From an uncultured Gammaproteobacteria bacterium (lineage in GTDB: Bacteria; Patescibacteriota; Patescibacteriia; S139-126): a stretch of 64,000 nt of DNA. The stretch spans positions 583,646 through 647,645 of the forward strand of contig CAZUKA010000001.1 of assembly GCA_964620905.1 (NCBI GenBank). Direction: 5' to 3'. The position numbers and the translations under genes are program-made. Shown in pieces: positions 30,945-40,418 of the stretch (its first letter is position 1; each line of letters begins with the position of its first letter). The notes beneath the pieces were generated by a model. It was not told the DNA's origin. It worked only from the letters and a program-made list of their open reading frames with translations, and did no database searches.

Positions 30945-31060
30945 ATTTAAAAATTTATATTTATTTACAAAATTAAAAATTTAAAAATTACATAATTCAT
31001 TAGTAATTAGTAATTGATAATTAGCAATTACCCTTAATGCTCAATACTTGATACTTACTT

Positions 31061-32281
31061 CTACTTTTTACAGCTCTCCTCAATCATAAACTTCACTCTA
31101 TCTTTTTCCTGCTGTTGCCAAGTGCTAATCTGCCCTGCCAGTTGAGCTATCTCACTGTCAATTTCACCAAGCCTAGTTATCCTAACTGCTTCTCGAGCTT
31201 GGCTTTGTTGCAACGCTTGATCAATCACCCCTTTATTTAAATGTTGTTCTTTGAGAATATTTATTTCCTCAGCCGTCAGATCAGCTGAAGGAAAAACTTG
31301 TCCAGCTGAACTTTTCACCAGTTCTGTACCAGCTGCCACTGGATCTCCCAAACTGGCTACTGCTTCTAGTGCCGTATTGACGCTGACTGATTTTACTTTG
31401 CCCGTAATTTCACCGGTATCAATAGCTAGGGCTGAATCACTGGGCACCAATCCTTGTACTACTTGCACGCCTTTGGCTAAATCACCAATTGTTTCCACTC
31501 CTTCCAATAGTCCAGCATAACTTTTCCCCAAACCCCGACCACTATCAATGGTAGAATAAGTGATCCAACTCAAACGCCAAAATGATTTGAGCAGATTGGT
31601 TTTAATATTTTGTACCAAGGCCTGACGGTATTCTTCCAACACTTCTCTGGTGGCCTGATCAGCTGCTTGTTCTTCTTGCAAGTTGTATTTTTCTACTAGC
31701 AGTCCAATTCTTTTTTCTTCCAACTCATAAACTTGTTTGGCTTCCCAACTTCTATCTTCATAAGGAATCACATTATCAATATCCGAATACTTCAACCAAT
31801 CCTGGTCAAACATCTCTGCTTTGACTTGGCAGTTGCTATCAAGTAGTTCATTGTTGGTATTACTTAATTCGTTTCTAGCATCTTCTACTAATACATCACT
31901 CCCTTCTTCTCTGGCTACACACCCATCACCTTGTCTGACATACTCTTCCGCGCAATACGAACACTCATCTTTTTCAAAAATTCCTCCGTTTTGATCACAA
32001 CTAGCGGCAAATTCAGTCTGTAAACCTTTGACCCAATTGTCATACTGCCTTTGCACTTCTTTATTGGCCTTGGATTTGGACAGGCCAATGTCTTTACAAT
32101 AATCACCATGAAAAGCACATTTGCAATACCGAAAATCAATCTGTACACCACAAAACTCATCTTTGATGTCAGGTTTTTGAAATTTTTCTACTCGACCAAT
32201 TTTTCCCGAACCAAAAATACAACCCGTAGTGAAAAGAGTAACCATCAACAAGGCCACTAAGCTAAGTAATTTTTTTGTCAT
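31061..32281 (-). CDS. lipoprotein with Cys-rich N-domain and coiled-coil C-domain
   Basis: Lipobox TTGC; 16 Cys in first 130 residues. Confidence 0.35.
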   Translation of the reverse strand: MTKKLLSLVALLMVTLFTTGCIFGSGKIGRVEKFQKPDIKDEFCGVQIDFRYCKCAFHGDYCKDIGLSKSKANKEVQRQYDNWVKGLQTEFAASCDQNGGIFEKDECSYCAEEYVRQGDGCVAREEGSDVLVEDARNELSNTNNELLDSNCQVKAEMFDQDWLKYSDIDNVIPYEDRSWEAKQVYELEEKRIGLLVEKYNLQEEQAADQATREVLEEYRQALVQNIKTNLLKSFWRLSWITYSTIDSGRGLGKSYAGLLEGVETIGDLAKGVQVVQGLVPSDSALAIDTGEITGKVKSVSVNTALEAVASLGDPVAAGTELVKSSAGQVFPSADLTAEEINILKEQHLNKGVIDQALQQSQAREAVRITRLGEIDSEIAQLAGQISTWQQQEKDRVKFMIEESCKK

Positions 32282-32505
32282 ATATTTAAAGTAAAAATTA
32301 GCAATAACTTATCAATTTTATAATTTTTGAATTTTTAATTTTATAAATAAATCTTAATTTTTAAAAATTTAAACTTAAAAATTATTTATCACCGCTAATA
32401 TTTTTTTAATCGGCCATTTGCTTTGTGAAGTGCAAATATTGCCAATAAGCGAGCGGAAGATCGAATTATTTTAAAAATTACAAAATTAAAAAATTAAAAA
32501 TTATA

Positions 32506-32967
32506 TTAATATACCCAAAAACCCTCTCCTGTCTCCAACCATTCAATCACTGCTTGTTTCATTTTTTCCGGATACACAGTTTTATTTTTCAACTCTTCTT
32601 TACTAAACAGAAAAAATCTCATGTGAGCTTCTTTGTTTTCAGTAGTAATCTCACTAAGTTCCACGGCAAAGGCAATATTTATTTCCTGTCTTTTTTTATT
32701 ATCTTCCACAAACTGATGTTCACTACCACCGATAAATTGACTACTCTTTACCCTTACTCCCAACTCTTCTTGAAATTCGCGGTCCAAAGCTTGCACACAG
32801 GTTTCGCCAACCTCCACGTGTCCTCCAGGAAAATAAAAATAATCTCGACCAACATTTTGTCCAATTAAAATTCTCCCCGCACTATCTTGTACAATCCCTC
32901 TAGCTAATATTTCAATATTCATAAAATTTTTATTGTATTTATAAATATAGCAACAAAAAACTGTCAA
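32506..32967 (-). CDS. NUDIX hydrolase
   Basis: Nudix box GGHVEVGETCVQALDREFQEELGV. Confidence 0.7.
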   Translation of the reverse strand: MTVFCCYIYKYNKNFMNIEILARGIVQDSAGRILIGQNVGRDYFYFPGGHVEVGETCVQALDREFQEELGVRVKSSQFIGGSEHQFVEDNKKRQEINIAFAVELSEITTENKEAHMRFFLFSKEELKNKTVYPEKMKQAVIEWLETGEGFWVY

Positions 32968-33029
32968 ATAAGATCACTCTAAATTAAGATGGGGTATTCA
33001 AATATATTTCTGCTACGAAACTCAATAAA

Positions 33030-33290
33030 CTAAATATTTTTAAGAATCTTTAATGTCTCTACTACCGATTTATTATCACTAGGCAAATAACGTACTTTTC
33101 CTTTATATAAGTATTCTAATTCAGTCAAAAATTCATCTGCCCATGAAGGTGACAGAGATATAATTCCGTCAAAATCAATCTCTACTACATCAGCTTTTTG
33201 ATCAAGGGTGGGACGAATGGCTAAAAACGCCTCTTTACCCGCGGGACGTGAGGTTAAAACTTTTCCAAATTTTTCAAGTTTGATAATCAT
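33030..33290 (-). CDS. STAS-like (DUF4325-type) small protein, putative antagonist partner of the upstream GHKL ATPase
   Basis: 86 aa; VVEIDFDGIISLSPSWADEF resembles the anti-sigma-antagonist Ser-loop; gene 4 nt after HATPase gene. Confidence 0.5.
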   Translation of the reverse strand: MIIKLEKFGKVLTSRPAGKEAFLAIRPTLDQKADVVEIDFDGIISLSPSWADEFLTELEYLYKGKVRYLPSDNKSVVETLKILKNI

Positions 33291-33294
33291 AATA

Positions 33295-34029
33295 TTAGTA
33301 ATTTATTTTTGAGATCACCCCTCTGATATTTCTATCTGCTATAGTTACCTTAAATGGCGCTGCGCGTTCAATCTCGGTCACAGCAATGCCGGATTGCAAA
33401 AAAATTTTAATTGAATGTTCTAGTGCCACTCCACGTACAAATTTAAGTCCATTACCTCTTTGTTCGGGCCATCGCCCAGATATTTTTTCCATAAATGCCA
33501 ATTTCAATGCCGTCATATCATTGTTAGCATCTGCTCGCACTTTGTTGATGGTTGCCCGAATACCTACTCCCCGATCAGCTAAAACCATAATCCTTTTATT
33601 AAGATCATGAGCAAAGAATATTCCCGGTACATCCGGCCAATTGCCGATATTGTGATCAAAAGAATTGTTACCTATCTCTCCAGCAACAGCAATAATCAGT
33701 GAAGCCAAGTCTTTGGTGGAATTTTCTTTATCAAGTAAAATGGCCATTTTATCCAAACGTACTTTAAATACGTCACGAGTTTCACAATAGTAATCAGGCG
33801 AAATATCAGGGACTTGTGCACTCCCGGCCCAAACTTTAGCGAGGGAGAATAAATCTTGGGAAAACAATTCAATCTGCTCGCGATGATAATAACGATGTCC
33901 ACCAGCACTGCGATAAGCTTTCAATTTACCACTAGCATCCCACAATCGCAGTGTATTTATAGACACACCTAAAAAATCAGCAACTTCGCTAATACTCAAT
34001 AAATCTTTATTTTTTCTTATTTCTACCAT
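33295..34029 (-). CDS. MerR-type HTH fused to GHKL (HATPase_c, RsbW/SpoIIAB-like) ATPase domain
   Basis: N-term ISEVADFLGVSINTLRLWDASGKLKAYRSAGGHRYY (MerR HTH); GHKL N-box EIGNNSFDHN, G1 LADRGVGI, G2 QRGNGLKF. Confidence 0.55.
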   Translation of the reverse strand: MVEIRKNKDLLSISEVADFLGVSINTLRLWDASGKLKAYRSAGGHRYYHREQIELFSQDLFSLAKVWAGSAQVPDISPDYYCETRDVFKVRLDKMAILLDKENSTKDLASLIIAVAGEIGNNSFDHNIGNWPDVPGIFFAHDLNKRIMVLADRGVGIRATINKVRADANNDMTALKLAFMEKISGRWPEQRGNGLKFVRGVALEHSIKIFLQSGIAVTEIERAAPFKVTIADRNIRGVISKINY

Positions 34030-34421
34030 ATGTAGTTATTCTACAAAATCTACTAATTATTGTCAATATCTACTAAAATTTATATTAAAACTACCAAAAA
34101 ATCAATAAATGTTTTTAAAATTACTTTGATTCTAGTTTTTGATATTTATAATTTAATATTTAAATATTGATTTATAATTTAAAATTTAAAATTTATAATT
34201 AACTAGTGGTTTCTTGCCAATTTCTGATCTTTGTACTAATATATATTTGCCTAGATGGCAATGATTCATATTTCGACTCCTTCATGCCGTGGGGTTTTTT
34301 CACCACTATAATGATGCCCTCATTGTCCCTCTAAAACCCTGCGGCAGCTAATTTTGCTCTTTTGAAAATCAAATCCTGCATTTGCAGGAACGCATAAATA
34401 ACCCCAGGAACCATAACTAAA

Positions 34422-34456
34422 TAAAAAAAGCGATTTAAAAAATCGCTTTTATTTTT
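34422..34456. terminator. hairpin AAGCGATTT-AAA-AAATCGCTT with flanking A/T tracts
   Basis: 9-bp perfect stem. Confidence 0.55.
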
Positions 34457-34539
34457 TATTCATCTATTCGCCTATTTCCACCAGAGGTGGACACGCCTGC
34501 CTACCGCAGGTAGGAATTAGAGAATGGGTAATAATTGAT

Positions 34540-34923
34540 TTAGTTATTAACTGCACGGACAATCATTTCCAACCAATACTGGTTTTGTCCGGTTAGTTTA
34601 TCAACTGGCTGCCAAACAGCAGTAGGATTATTTACTTCCAATTTATGATCCAATTGATAAGCATAAACAATATAAACGCGCTGCACTTTATCCTGCGGAT
34701 GCAAATAGTCATACACTCTGATTAATCTTGGTTCTGTCGCAAATTCAACCTTCACCCCCAACTCTTCTTGCAATTCCCGCTTTAAACATGCAAATATACT
34801 TTCGCCATATTTCATCCGACCACCGGGCAAATCCCAACCATCATTTTCTTTTAGCAACAATACTTCATTATTATAATGAAGTATTAATTTAATTGATGGA
34901 ATAATTTTATTTTCTTTTATCAT
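34540..34923 (-). CDS. NUDIX hydrolase (MutT-like)
   Basis: Nudix box GGRMKYGESIFACLKRELQEELGV. Confidence 0.7.
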   Translation of the reverse strand: MIKENKIIPSIKLILHYNNEVLLLKENDGWDLPGGRMKYGESIFACLKRELQEELGVKVEFATEPRLIRVYDYLHPQDKVQRVYIVYAYQLDHKLEVNNPTAVWQPVDKLTGQNQYWLEMIVRAVNN

Positions 34924-34987
34924 CTAAATAATTATACTTTTTTATATCATTATATGCTAATTTTAGATAAAATATAAACTTTTCCAC

Positions 34988-35120
34988 TTGATTTTTTATC
35001 AATAAAATATTAAAATTAATTTACAAAAACCTGTATTCTGAACTGTCACCGGATGGTGGCGTGGCTGGGACATCCAGTCTAGGAACGTGGTTGGATCTAA
35101 CCCCTTTGGGGTTATTTTTT
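34988..35120 (+). ncRNA. candidate small RNA: promoter TTGATT-17-TAAAAT (34988-35016) + ~95-nt GC-richer segment + intrinsic terminator AACCCC-TTT-GGGGTT-ATTTTTT (35099-35120)
   Basis: Promoter and terminator both on plus strand with no ORF between; convergent with DUF3800 gene 3' end. Confidence 0.25.
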
Positions 35121-35121
35121 G

Positions 35122-35745
35122 TTATTTAAAATTCCATTCATCTTCTATATGCTTTTTAAAAATATTTTTGTAAATAATATTGTCAGTTTTACTAATACTA
35201 TAAGATCTTTTCACGGAACCAGCTATCATATCTGCCATTTGAATTAATACATTAGATTTTGAATTTATAAATTTACAATTTTTCATTACATTTTTTTGTT
35301 TAGAATTTAATTCTTTTCTTAAATAAGTAATAAAATTTTTTCTAAAATTTCTATTACCACCACCATCTATTCTAATTTTTGCATCTATTAATGATGGGCT
35401 ATGTTTTAATAACATCTTAACTGTGTATGCATAAAAAGAATTTTTATTATTTCTCAATTCTTGACTTATAATTGATTCTTTTTCTATAACTAAACATCTT
35501 ACTTTAAAACTAAATTCATTAATTGTTTCTAAAAATTTCAATTTTATTTCTTTTCTTGATTTATTGAACTTAAATTCAACGTGTTCACCAAATCCTAATT
35601 CTCTTCTTAACTCTTTAATAGCAACTGCGGTTTTTTCAGCTTCTAAATTATCTTCAAATATAATTGCTGCAATTACAAAATGCTCACTTGAACCTTCTTT
35701 AAATTTAAAACCTGGATCTCCTGAATCGTCAATAAAAACTATCAT
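35122..35745 (-). CDS. DUF3800-family protein
   Basis: N-terminal MIVFIDDSGDPG and C-terminal LIQMADMIAGSV motifs characteristic of DUF3800. Confidence 0.5.
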   Translation of the reverse strand: MIVFIDDSGDPGFKFKEGSSEHFVIAAIIFEDNLEAEKTAVAIKELRRELGFGEHVEFKFNKSRKEIKLKFLETINEFSFKVRCLVIEKESIISQELRNNKNSFYAYTVKMLLKHSPSLIDAKIRIDGGGNRNFRKNFITYLRKELNSKQKNVMKNCKFINSKSNVLIQMADMIAGSVKRSYSISKTDNIIYKNIFKKHIEDEWNFK

Positions 35746-35746
35746 A

Positions 35747-36514
35747 CTATTTTAGTATTAATTTTTGATAAACCTCACTACAAAGTTCTTTACTAAACTT
35801 ATTATCTTTATAACAGTCAGTTAAAAATTTATCCAATGACTTTAAACCATTAATCAAATATATTCCCGTGCCGCTGTCATTTATATATATAGAATTTTCT
35901 TTAATAAAAACTATGCCTAATTTTGGTTTAATAGAAAAATATCCAAGTTTATCCAAATACTTAATAAACAAATCCGAGTATTCTTGCATTTTAAACCTAG
36001 GATCTTTTTCCTGGGGTAATAATTTCCACTCTTCCTTATGACCAGTAAAAACAAAACATTTATCATTAGTAAAAACAAAATCATGACTATAATTTTTTAC
36101 TTCAAGAAGTATCAAACCTTTAGGGCCAATTACTATAAAATCAATATCAAACTGCCTATCCGGCAAGCGATAATTTTTGATAATAAAATATTCATTATTA
36201 TCTAAAATCTTGTTCAATTCATCAAAAACTAAACTCTCGCCTTGTTTGCCTTTTTTCGCTATATCTATCTCTTTTACAATTTTGTCATCAACCTTACCAA
36301 TAAAATAATAAATTTTTTTATATAATGGATAAAAACCAAAGCCCATCATAAATACAGTCAAAGCCACTATTGTTTGTACATCCCAACGACTATTTATAAA
36401 GCCATACCAAACCAAAATAGAGCAAGCTAATAATATAAATAAGCCAAATAACCAGTATTTAGCAATACCAAAATAATATTTTTTTTCAGAATAAGACCAT
36501 TTATCGAAAAACAT
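35747..36514 (-). CDS. membrane-anchored NERD-domain (nuclease-related) protein
   Basis: Two N-terminal TM; GESLVFDEL...DIDFIVIGPKGLILLEVKNYS matches NERD core; 1-nt gap to DUF3800 gene. Confidence 0.55.
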   Translation of the reverse strand: MFFDKWSYSEKKYYFGIAKYWLFGLFILLACSILVWYGFINSRWDVQTIVALTVFMMGFGFYPLYKKIYYFIGKVDDKIVKEIDIAKKGKQGESLVFDELNKILDNNEYFIIKNYRLPDRQFDIDFIVIGPKGLILLEVKNYSHDFVFTNDKCFVFTGHKEEWKLLPQEKDPRFKMQEYSDLFIKYLDKLGYFSIKPKLGIVFIKENSIYINDSGTGIYLINGLKSLDKFLTDCYKDNKFSKELCSEVYQKLILK

Positions 36515-36577
36515 CAGAGTATTTTTATATATGTTAAATTTTACTCTAATTTATCTTTTTTGCCTATCAAAAACAAT

Positions 36578-36859
36578 TTAACAATCTTTCAAAAAATTCT
36601 TAACCACTTTTAAAGCTTCTTCAGGTGATTTATTAAAAGGAATTAGTAAAACATCTTTTTTCTGGTCATGACTTGTTTCTTTTTGTTTTTGTTTTATAGC
36701 CAATGGTCTTAATTCTACTTCGTATTGATTATCGCAATCTCCTGCCGGCTCTGTTTGTTTTACATCAATACCCAATTTCTGCAAAGCTTTTTTTGATTCT
36801 TTTAAATATTCGTCTGCATTGGATAAATTTTTTTCTTTTTTAAATAATTTTTTAAACAT
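36578..36859 (-). CDS. hypothetical protein
   Basis: 93 aa, charged. Confidence 0.3.
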   Translation of the reverse strand: MFKKLFKKEKNLSNADEYLKESKKALQKLGIDVKQTEPAGDCDNQYEVELRPLAIKQKQKETSHDQKKDVLLIPFNKSPEEALKVVKNFLKDC

Positions 36860-36884
36860 ATTTTTCTAATAATTAATAATAAAA

Positions 36885-37157
36885 ATTCCTCTTCCCACAA
36901 AGGAAAGAGGTAAATAAAAAATCGACCCACCTGCCATCGCTATACTCAGTCATTAGGGGCAGGCTTTTATCTTTCCCCAACTTGGGGCTGAATTTGGCAC
37001 CTTATAAAAGCGTCATCTTTTACAGGTTGCCGGGTAGGTCTTAGGGTCAGATCCCTCGCTACCACTCTGGATAAACTTAGGCTATTCAATTGTGACTAAA
37101 TAATACTACTAGCGAAGATTATCGTCAAATTTTATGTATGTAATTAATTATATAATT
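36885..37157 (-). other. ~270-nt noncoding, locally GC-richer structured segment ending in minus-strand hairpin/U-tract (possible ncRNA or structured UTR)
   Basis: Multiple perfect short hairpins (CCCCAAGTTGGGG; GGTAG...CTACC; CCTCTTCC...GGAAAGAGG) and no ORF with RBS. Confidence 0.2.
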
Positions 37158-37874
37158 TTATTTAATTTGAAAATTTAAATATTTATTCCAATGTCTATAA
37201 AGTTCTCTAGTTGCGAAAAGATCTCTTCCATTATATTTAGCAATATCAAAATATTTTTTATCATTAAATAATTTACCAACATCTTCGCCAGTAACCCCTC
37301 CTGATTTAGGACTTTCAATTTCAAATGCTCTACACCAAAGATGTAGACTCCCTTTTTTCCAAACTGCACCATAATAGCTCAGTTGATCCATTAAATCTAT
37401 ATGTATAAAATTATGCTGCTGATATAAATAACGGCCGGACATTATATCTTTACTGGGTCTAATTTCATGTATAGCGGAACGAATATTTATGAATGGGGCA
37501 TCGAAAGATCTACTATTAAAACCAACCAGTTTATCTGCATATGAAACAACTTCCCAAAATTTTTTTAATATTTCTTCTTCTAACATTGCTTCGAATTTTA
37601 TGCCATCAATCTCTTTTGTTATATTTTCAACATCTGGTGACTGATAATAAACAGCCCCACTGTCACTATCTGCATCCAATAATCCAATTGAAACTATCTC
37701 ACCATGTAAAGGGGAAAAACCAAGACGCTTCTTTAATAATTCAACATTATTTTTAAAATCTTCTTCTGATTCTGAATTTTCCTCATACCACTTAGTTAAA
37801 TTATGCTGAGTAGTGGCATCCATTTCTTCAAATTTTTCACCAACTGTCTCTATATCAAAAATTATAGTTTTCAT
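37158..37874 (-). CDS. DEDDy 3'-5' exonuclease (PolB-exonuclease-like / RNase H fold)
   Basis: Exo I IIFDIET, Exo II LVGFNSRSFDAPFI, Exo III YNGRDLFATRELY. Confidence 0.6.
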   Translation of the reverse strand: MKTIIFDIETVGEKFEEMDATTQHNLTKWYEENSESEEDFKNNVELLKKRLGFSPLHGEIVSIGLLDADSDSGAVYYQSPDVENITKEIDGIKFEAMLEEEILKKFWEVVSYADKLVGFNSRSFDAPFINIRSAIHEIRPSKDIMSGRYLYQQHNFIHIDLMDQLSYYGAVWKKGSLHLWCRAFEIESPKSGGVTGEDVGKLFNDKKYFDIAKYNGRDLFATRELYRHWNKYLNFQIK

Positions 37875-37883
37875 AAATAATAA

Positions 37884-38339
37884 TTAATTTGATCCATTTT
37901 TTTCTAAGTTATTTAAAAGTTTAATAACCTCATCTTCTATTGATAAGTCTAAATTCTTATCATATATTTTCTGATATAGTAAAGGAAATCCACCATTAGC
38001 ATATTCTTCAATTATTTTTAATACTTCAGTTCCATTAGATAATATATTATAATCATAATTACTTTCCGCTAATACTAAAGATCTTATTAAAACTTTATAA
38101 TCATTTGAAATACTTCTATAAAGCCTTATATCAGTACTTTTATTTGTTTTTTTTCTATTTTTATTTAGAAAACCAAAAACAGCAGCTAAAATAAGAACGT
38201 GGCCTTGTTCCTGACCAGAAAAACAAGTACCAGCATTTTTGTCTATTAAAGGTATTAAATAATCATTTTTGATCTTTAAATCAAGTCTTATGAATTGTGG
38301 ATAATTTTGATCAATTTCGTTTGTCATGATATGGAACAA
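37884..38339 (-). CDS. hypothetical protein, overlaps 3' end of ATPase gene by 29 nt
   Basis: 151 aa, no motif. Confidence 0.3.
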   Translation of the reverse strand: MFHIMTNEIDQNYPQFIRLDLKIKNDYLIPLIDKNAGTCFSGQEQGHVLILAAVFGFLNKNRKKTNKSTDIRLYRSISNDYKVLIRSLVLAESNYDYNILSNGTEVLKIIEEYANGGFPLLYQKIYDKNLDLSIEDEVIKLLNNLEKNGSN

Positions 38340-40239
38340 TTATTGTAGATTGTTGATTAATAGGGTCTTTCTGAAGTTGATATACTCGATTTTTTGGTAC
38401 CCTATCTTTAATATATTCTTTAATCTCATGATCGTCTAAACTAAAAATAAACATCTGTTTATTTGGAGCATAATCATGAAGTATTTCTAAAAGATTTCTT
38501 TTTATATCCCCCCCTAAATTTGAAAGTGGGGCATCAAAAAATATTGGCGTTTCATTAAATCCACTAAGATCAGCTATGGCTCTCATTGTTGCTAAAGCCA
38601 AAACTTTACCTTCTCCTATTGATAATTCATTTTTATTAGTAACTTGGTTTTTCATTTTTACATTTATACCATAAAATTCATTAAATTCTATTAATTCATA
38701 TTCTTGTTCATCCCAAAACAATTCTCTAAAATATTTTTCTGTATTATGAGATAAAATATCTCTAATTCTATTAGTAATATGTTCCCTAATAGTATGTATA
38801 ATTTTTTCAGAAATCTGTAAAAAATCTTTTATTTTAATTGCTTCTAAATTTTTTTCTTTTAGCTTACTATACTTATCAAACTGTTCTTCTATTTTTACTA
38901 GATTATTTAAATCATTATTATTTCTTTCCTTTAATTCTCCGAGTTTAGTCTGATGTTCGCCAATTCTATTTTCTAAATCTGTTAAAGCTATTTCTATATT
39001 AGAAACCTCCTTATTACTTGAATTTCCTAATTTTTCTTTTATTTCTTTCAATTCTCTGTCGATTTCATTTTTTTGTATATAAATTTTTGCTCTTTCAGTA
39101 GTTAATAACTCTAAATCTTTTTTTAGTTTATACAATCCATCTAAAATACTACTGATAATAACTTTATCACTGCCAATAGCGGAACGAACGCTAACTGGTT
39201 CATATTCAGTCATGAGTTTATTTAGTGCTATATAAGAACCATCACTTTTATTTATATCTCTACCACAAATACAAACTCCTTTATTTAATATTTCTTTAAT
39301 ATAAGCTACCTCAATATCTGCGGGTAATTTGTATTCGTGTAAATCATTATACGATTTAATTAATATTTCTTTAAGATATAAAAAAGATGTTTTTTCAGTA
39401 AGTAATTCATTAATTCTTATTTTTATTTTATCGAAATCTTCTTCTTTAATTTTAAATTCGGATTCTAATTTATCCCTTCTTTCAGCTAAATCTTTAATAT
39501 TACTATATGTTTTTTGTTCTTTTTTATATTCATTGAGCTGTTCTTTAAGTTTACTAATCTCAATTTCTTTATCTTTTATTTTTTCATTATTCTTTTCTAT
39601 CTCATTTTTTAATTTATCCATTTTTTCAGTCATTTCTTCAAGCTCAGGAATACCCTTACCTACTTCTTTTCTAAATGTAGAAATTATATTATTAAGGTGT
39701 TCAATTGAACGATCTAAGATTGTTACATCAGATACACTCCAAACACCGTCACGTAATTCTTTTTCAAAGCCGGGCTTATATAAATGTTCTAGATTTTCAC
39801 CTGCAAAAATAAAATATTTTCTTAAATTTTTTGGTAAATACACATTTCTAACGGTTTCTGGATTTGGAACAAGTTTCCAATCATTTTTATCCAACCTGTA
39901 AACATTAAACTTCGAATCTTGGGTTGGTCTCATAGATCTTACAAACCTATATGTATTATTTTCATCAGAAACTTGGATATCTACTTTAATCTCATCAAAT
40001 TCGTTTTCTTTTTCTGCGTCTGTATTTAATATTCCATCACTTAATAAATTTTTTTGCTCAATACTCTGTGTAAAAGGAATCTCTTCATAAAGACACCAAC
40101 AAATAGCATTTAAAAAATTTGATTTACCTAAATAATTTTTACCTATAAAAATAAATATACCAGAACTAGGATCTGGTTTTATTTCTACTTGTCTAAATCT
40201 TTTAAAATTTTGAATATAAATTCTATCAACCTTTATCAT
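38311..40239 (-). CDS. SMC/Rad50/RecN/DndD-like coiled-coil ABC ATPase
   Basis: 642 aa; N-terminal Walker A IFIGKNYLGKSN; ~350-aa K/E-rich coiled coil; C-terminal ABC signature LSIGEGKVLALA and Walker B PIFFDAP. Confidence 0.65.
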   Translation of the reverse strand: MIKVDRIYIQNFKRFRQVEIKPDPSSGIFIFIGKNYLGKSNFLNAICWCLYEEIPFTQSIEQKNLLSDGILNTDAEKENEFDEIKVDIQVSDENNTYRFVRSMRPTQDSKFNVYRLDKNDWKLVPNPETVRNVYLPKNLRKYFIFAGENLEHLYKPGFEKELRDGVWSVSDVTILDRSIEHLNNIISTFRKEVGKGIPELEEMTEKMDKLKNEIEKNNEKIKDKEIEISKLKEQLNEYKKEQKTYSNIKDLAERRDKLESEFKIKEEDFDKIKIRINELLTEKTSFLYLKEILIKSYNDLHEYKLPADIEVAYIKEILNKGVCICGRDINKSDGSYIALNKLMTEYEPVSVRSAIGSDKVIISSILDGLYKLKKDLELLTTERAKIYIQKNEIDRELKEIKEKLGNSSNKEVSNIEIALTDLENRIGEHQTKLGELKERNNNDLNNLVKIEEQFDKYSKLKEKNLEAIKIKDFLQISEKIIHTIREHITNRIRDILSHNTEKYFRELFWDEQEYELIEFNEFYGINVKMKNQVTNKNELSIGEGKVLALATMRAIADLSGFNETPIFFDAPLSNLGGDIKRNLLEILHDYAPNKQMFIFSLDDHEIKEYIKDRVPKNRVYQLQKDPINQQSTIIVPYHDKRN

Positions 40240-40243
40240 AAAA

Positions 40244-40417
40244 TTAAATTGCAGAATTTAATAACTCTTTTACTTTATTCTCTATAGCACTTTTATATGC
40301 AAATCTATCTAAATCAATATTTTCTTTTTCAAATTCTGTAAGCCATAATAAAAAATTTTGAACCTCTTCTGAAGCATCTACTAAACTATTAATTTCACTT
40401 ATTATATCAGGATTCAT
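40244..40417 (-). CDS. 57-aa ORF (MNPDIISEINSLVDASEEVQNFLLWLTEFEKENIDLDRFAYKSAIENKVKELLNSAI), translationally coupled between helicase and ATPase genes
   Basis: Start in TAATATG overlap with upstream stop; 4 nt before ATPase start; below the 60-aa ORF-track cutoff. Confidence 0.35.
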   Translation of the reverse strand: MNPDIISEINSLVDASEEVQNFLLWLTEFEKENIDLDRFAYKSAIENKVKELLNSAI

Positions 40418-40418
40418 A

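Noticed and set aside
30540-34210. Possible CRISPR array in the AT-rich repetitive intergenic tracts
   Set aside because: Repeats are irregular in length and spacing, pure A/T, with no constant-length direct repeat separated by unique spacers and no cas genes. They look like low-complexity promoter/spacer DNA.
39329-39901. 190-aa plus-strand ORF inside the SMC-like ATPase gene
   Set aside because: Antisense to coiled-coil-encoding K/E-rich sequence, giving S/L/F-rich low-complexity translation.
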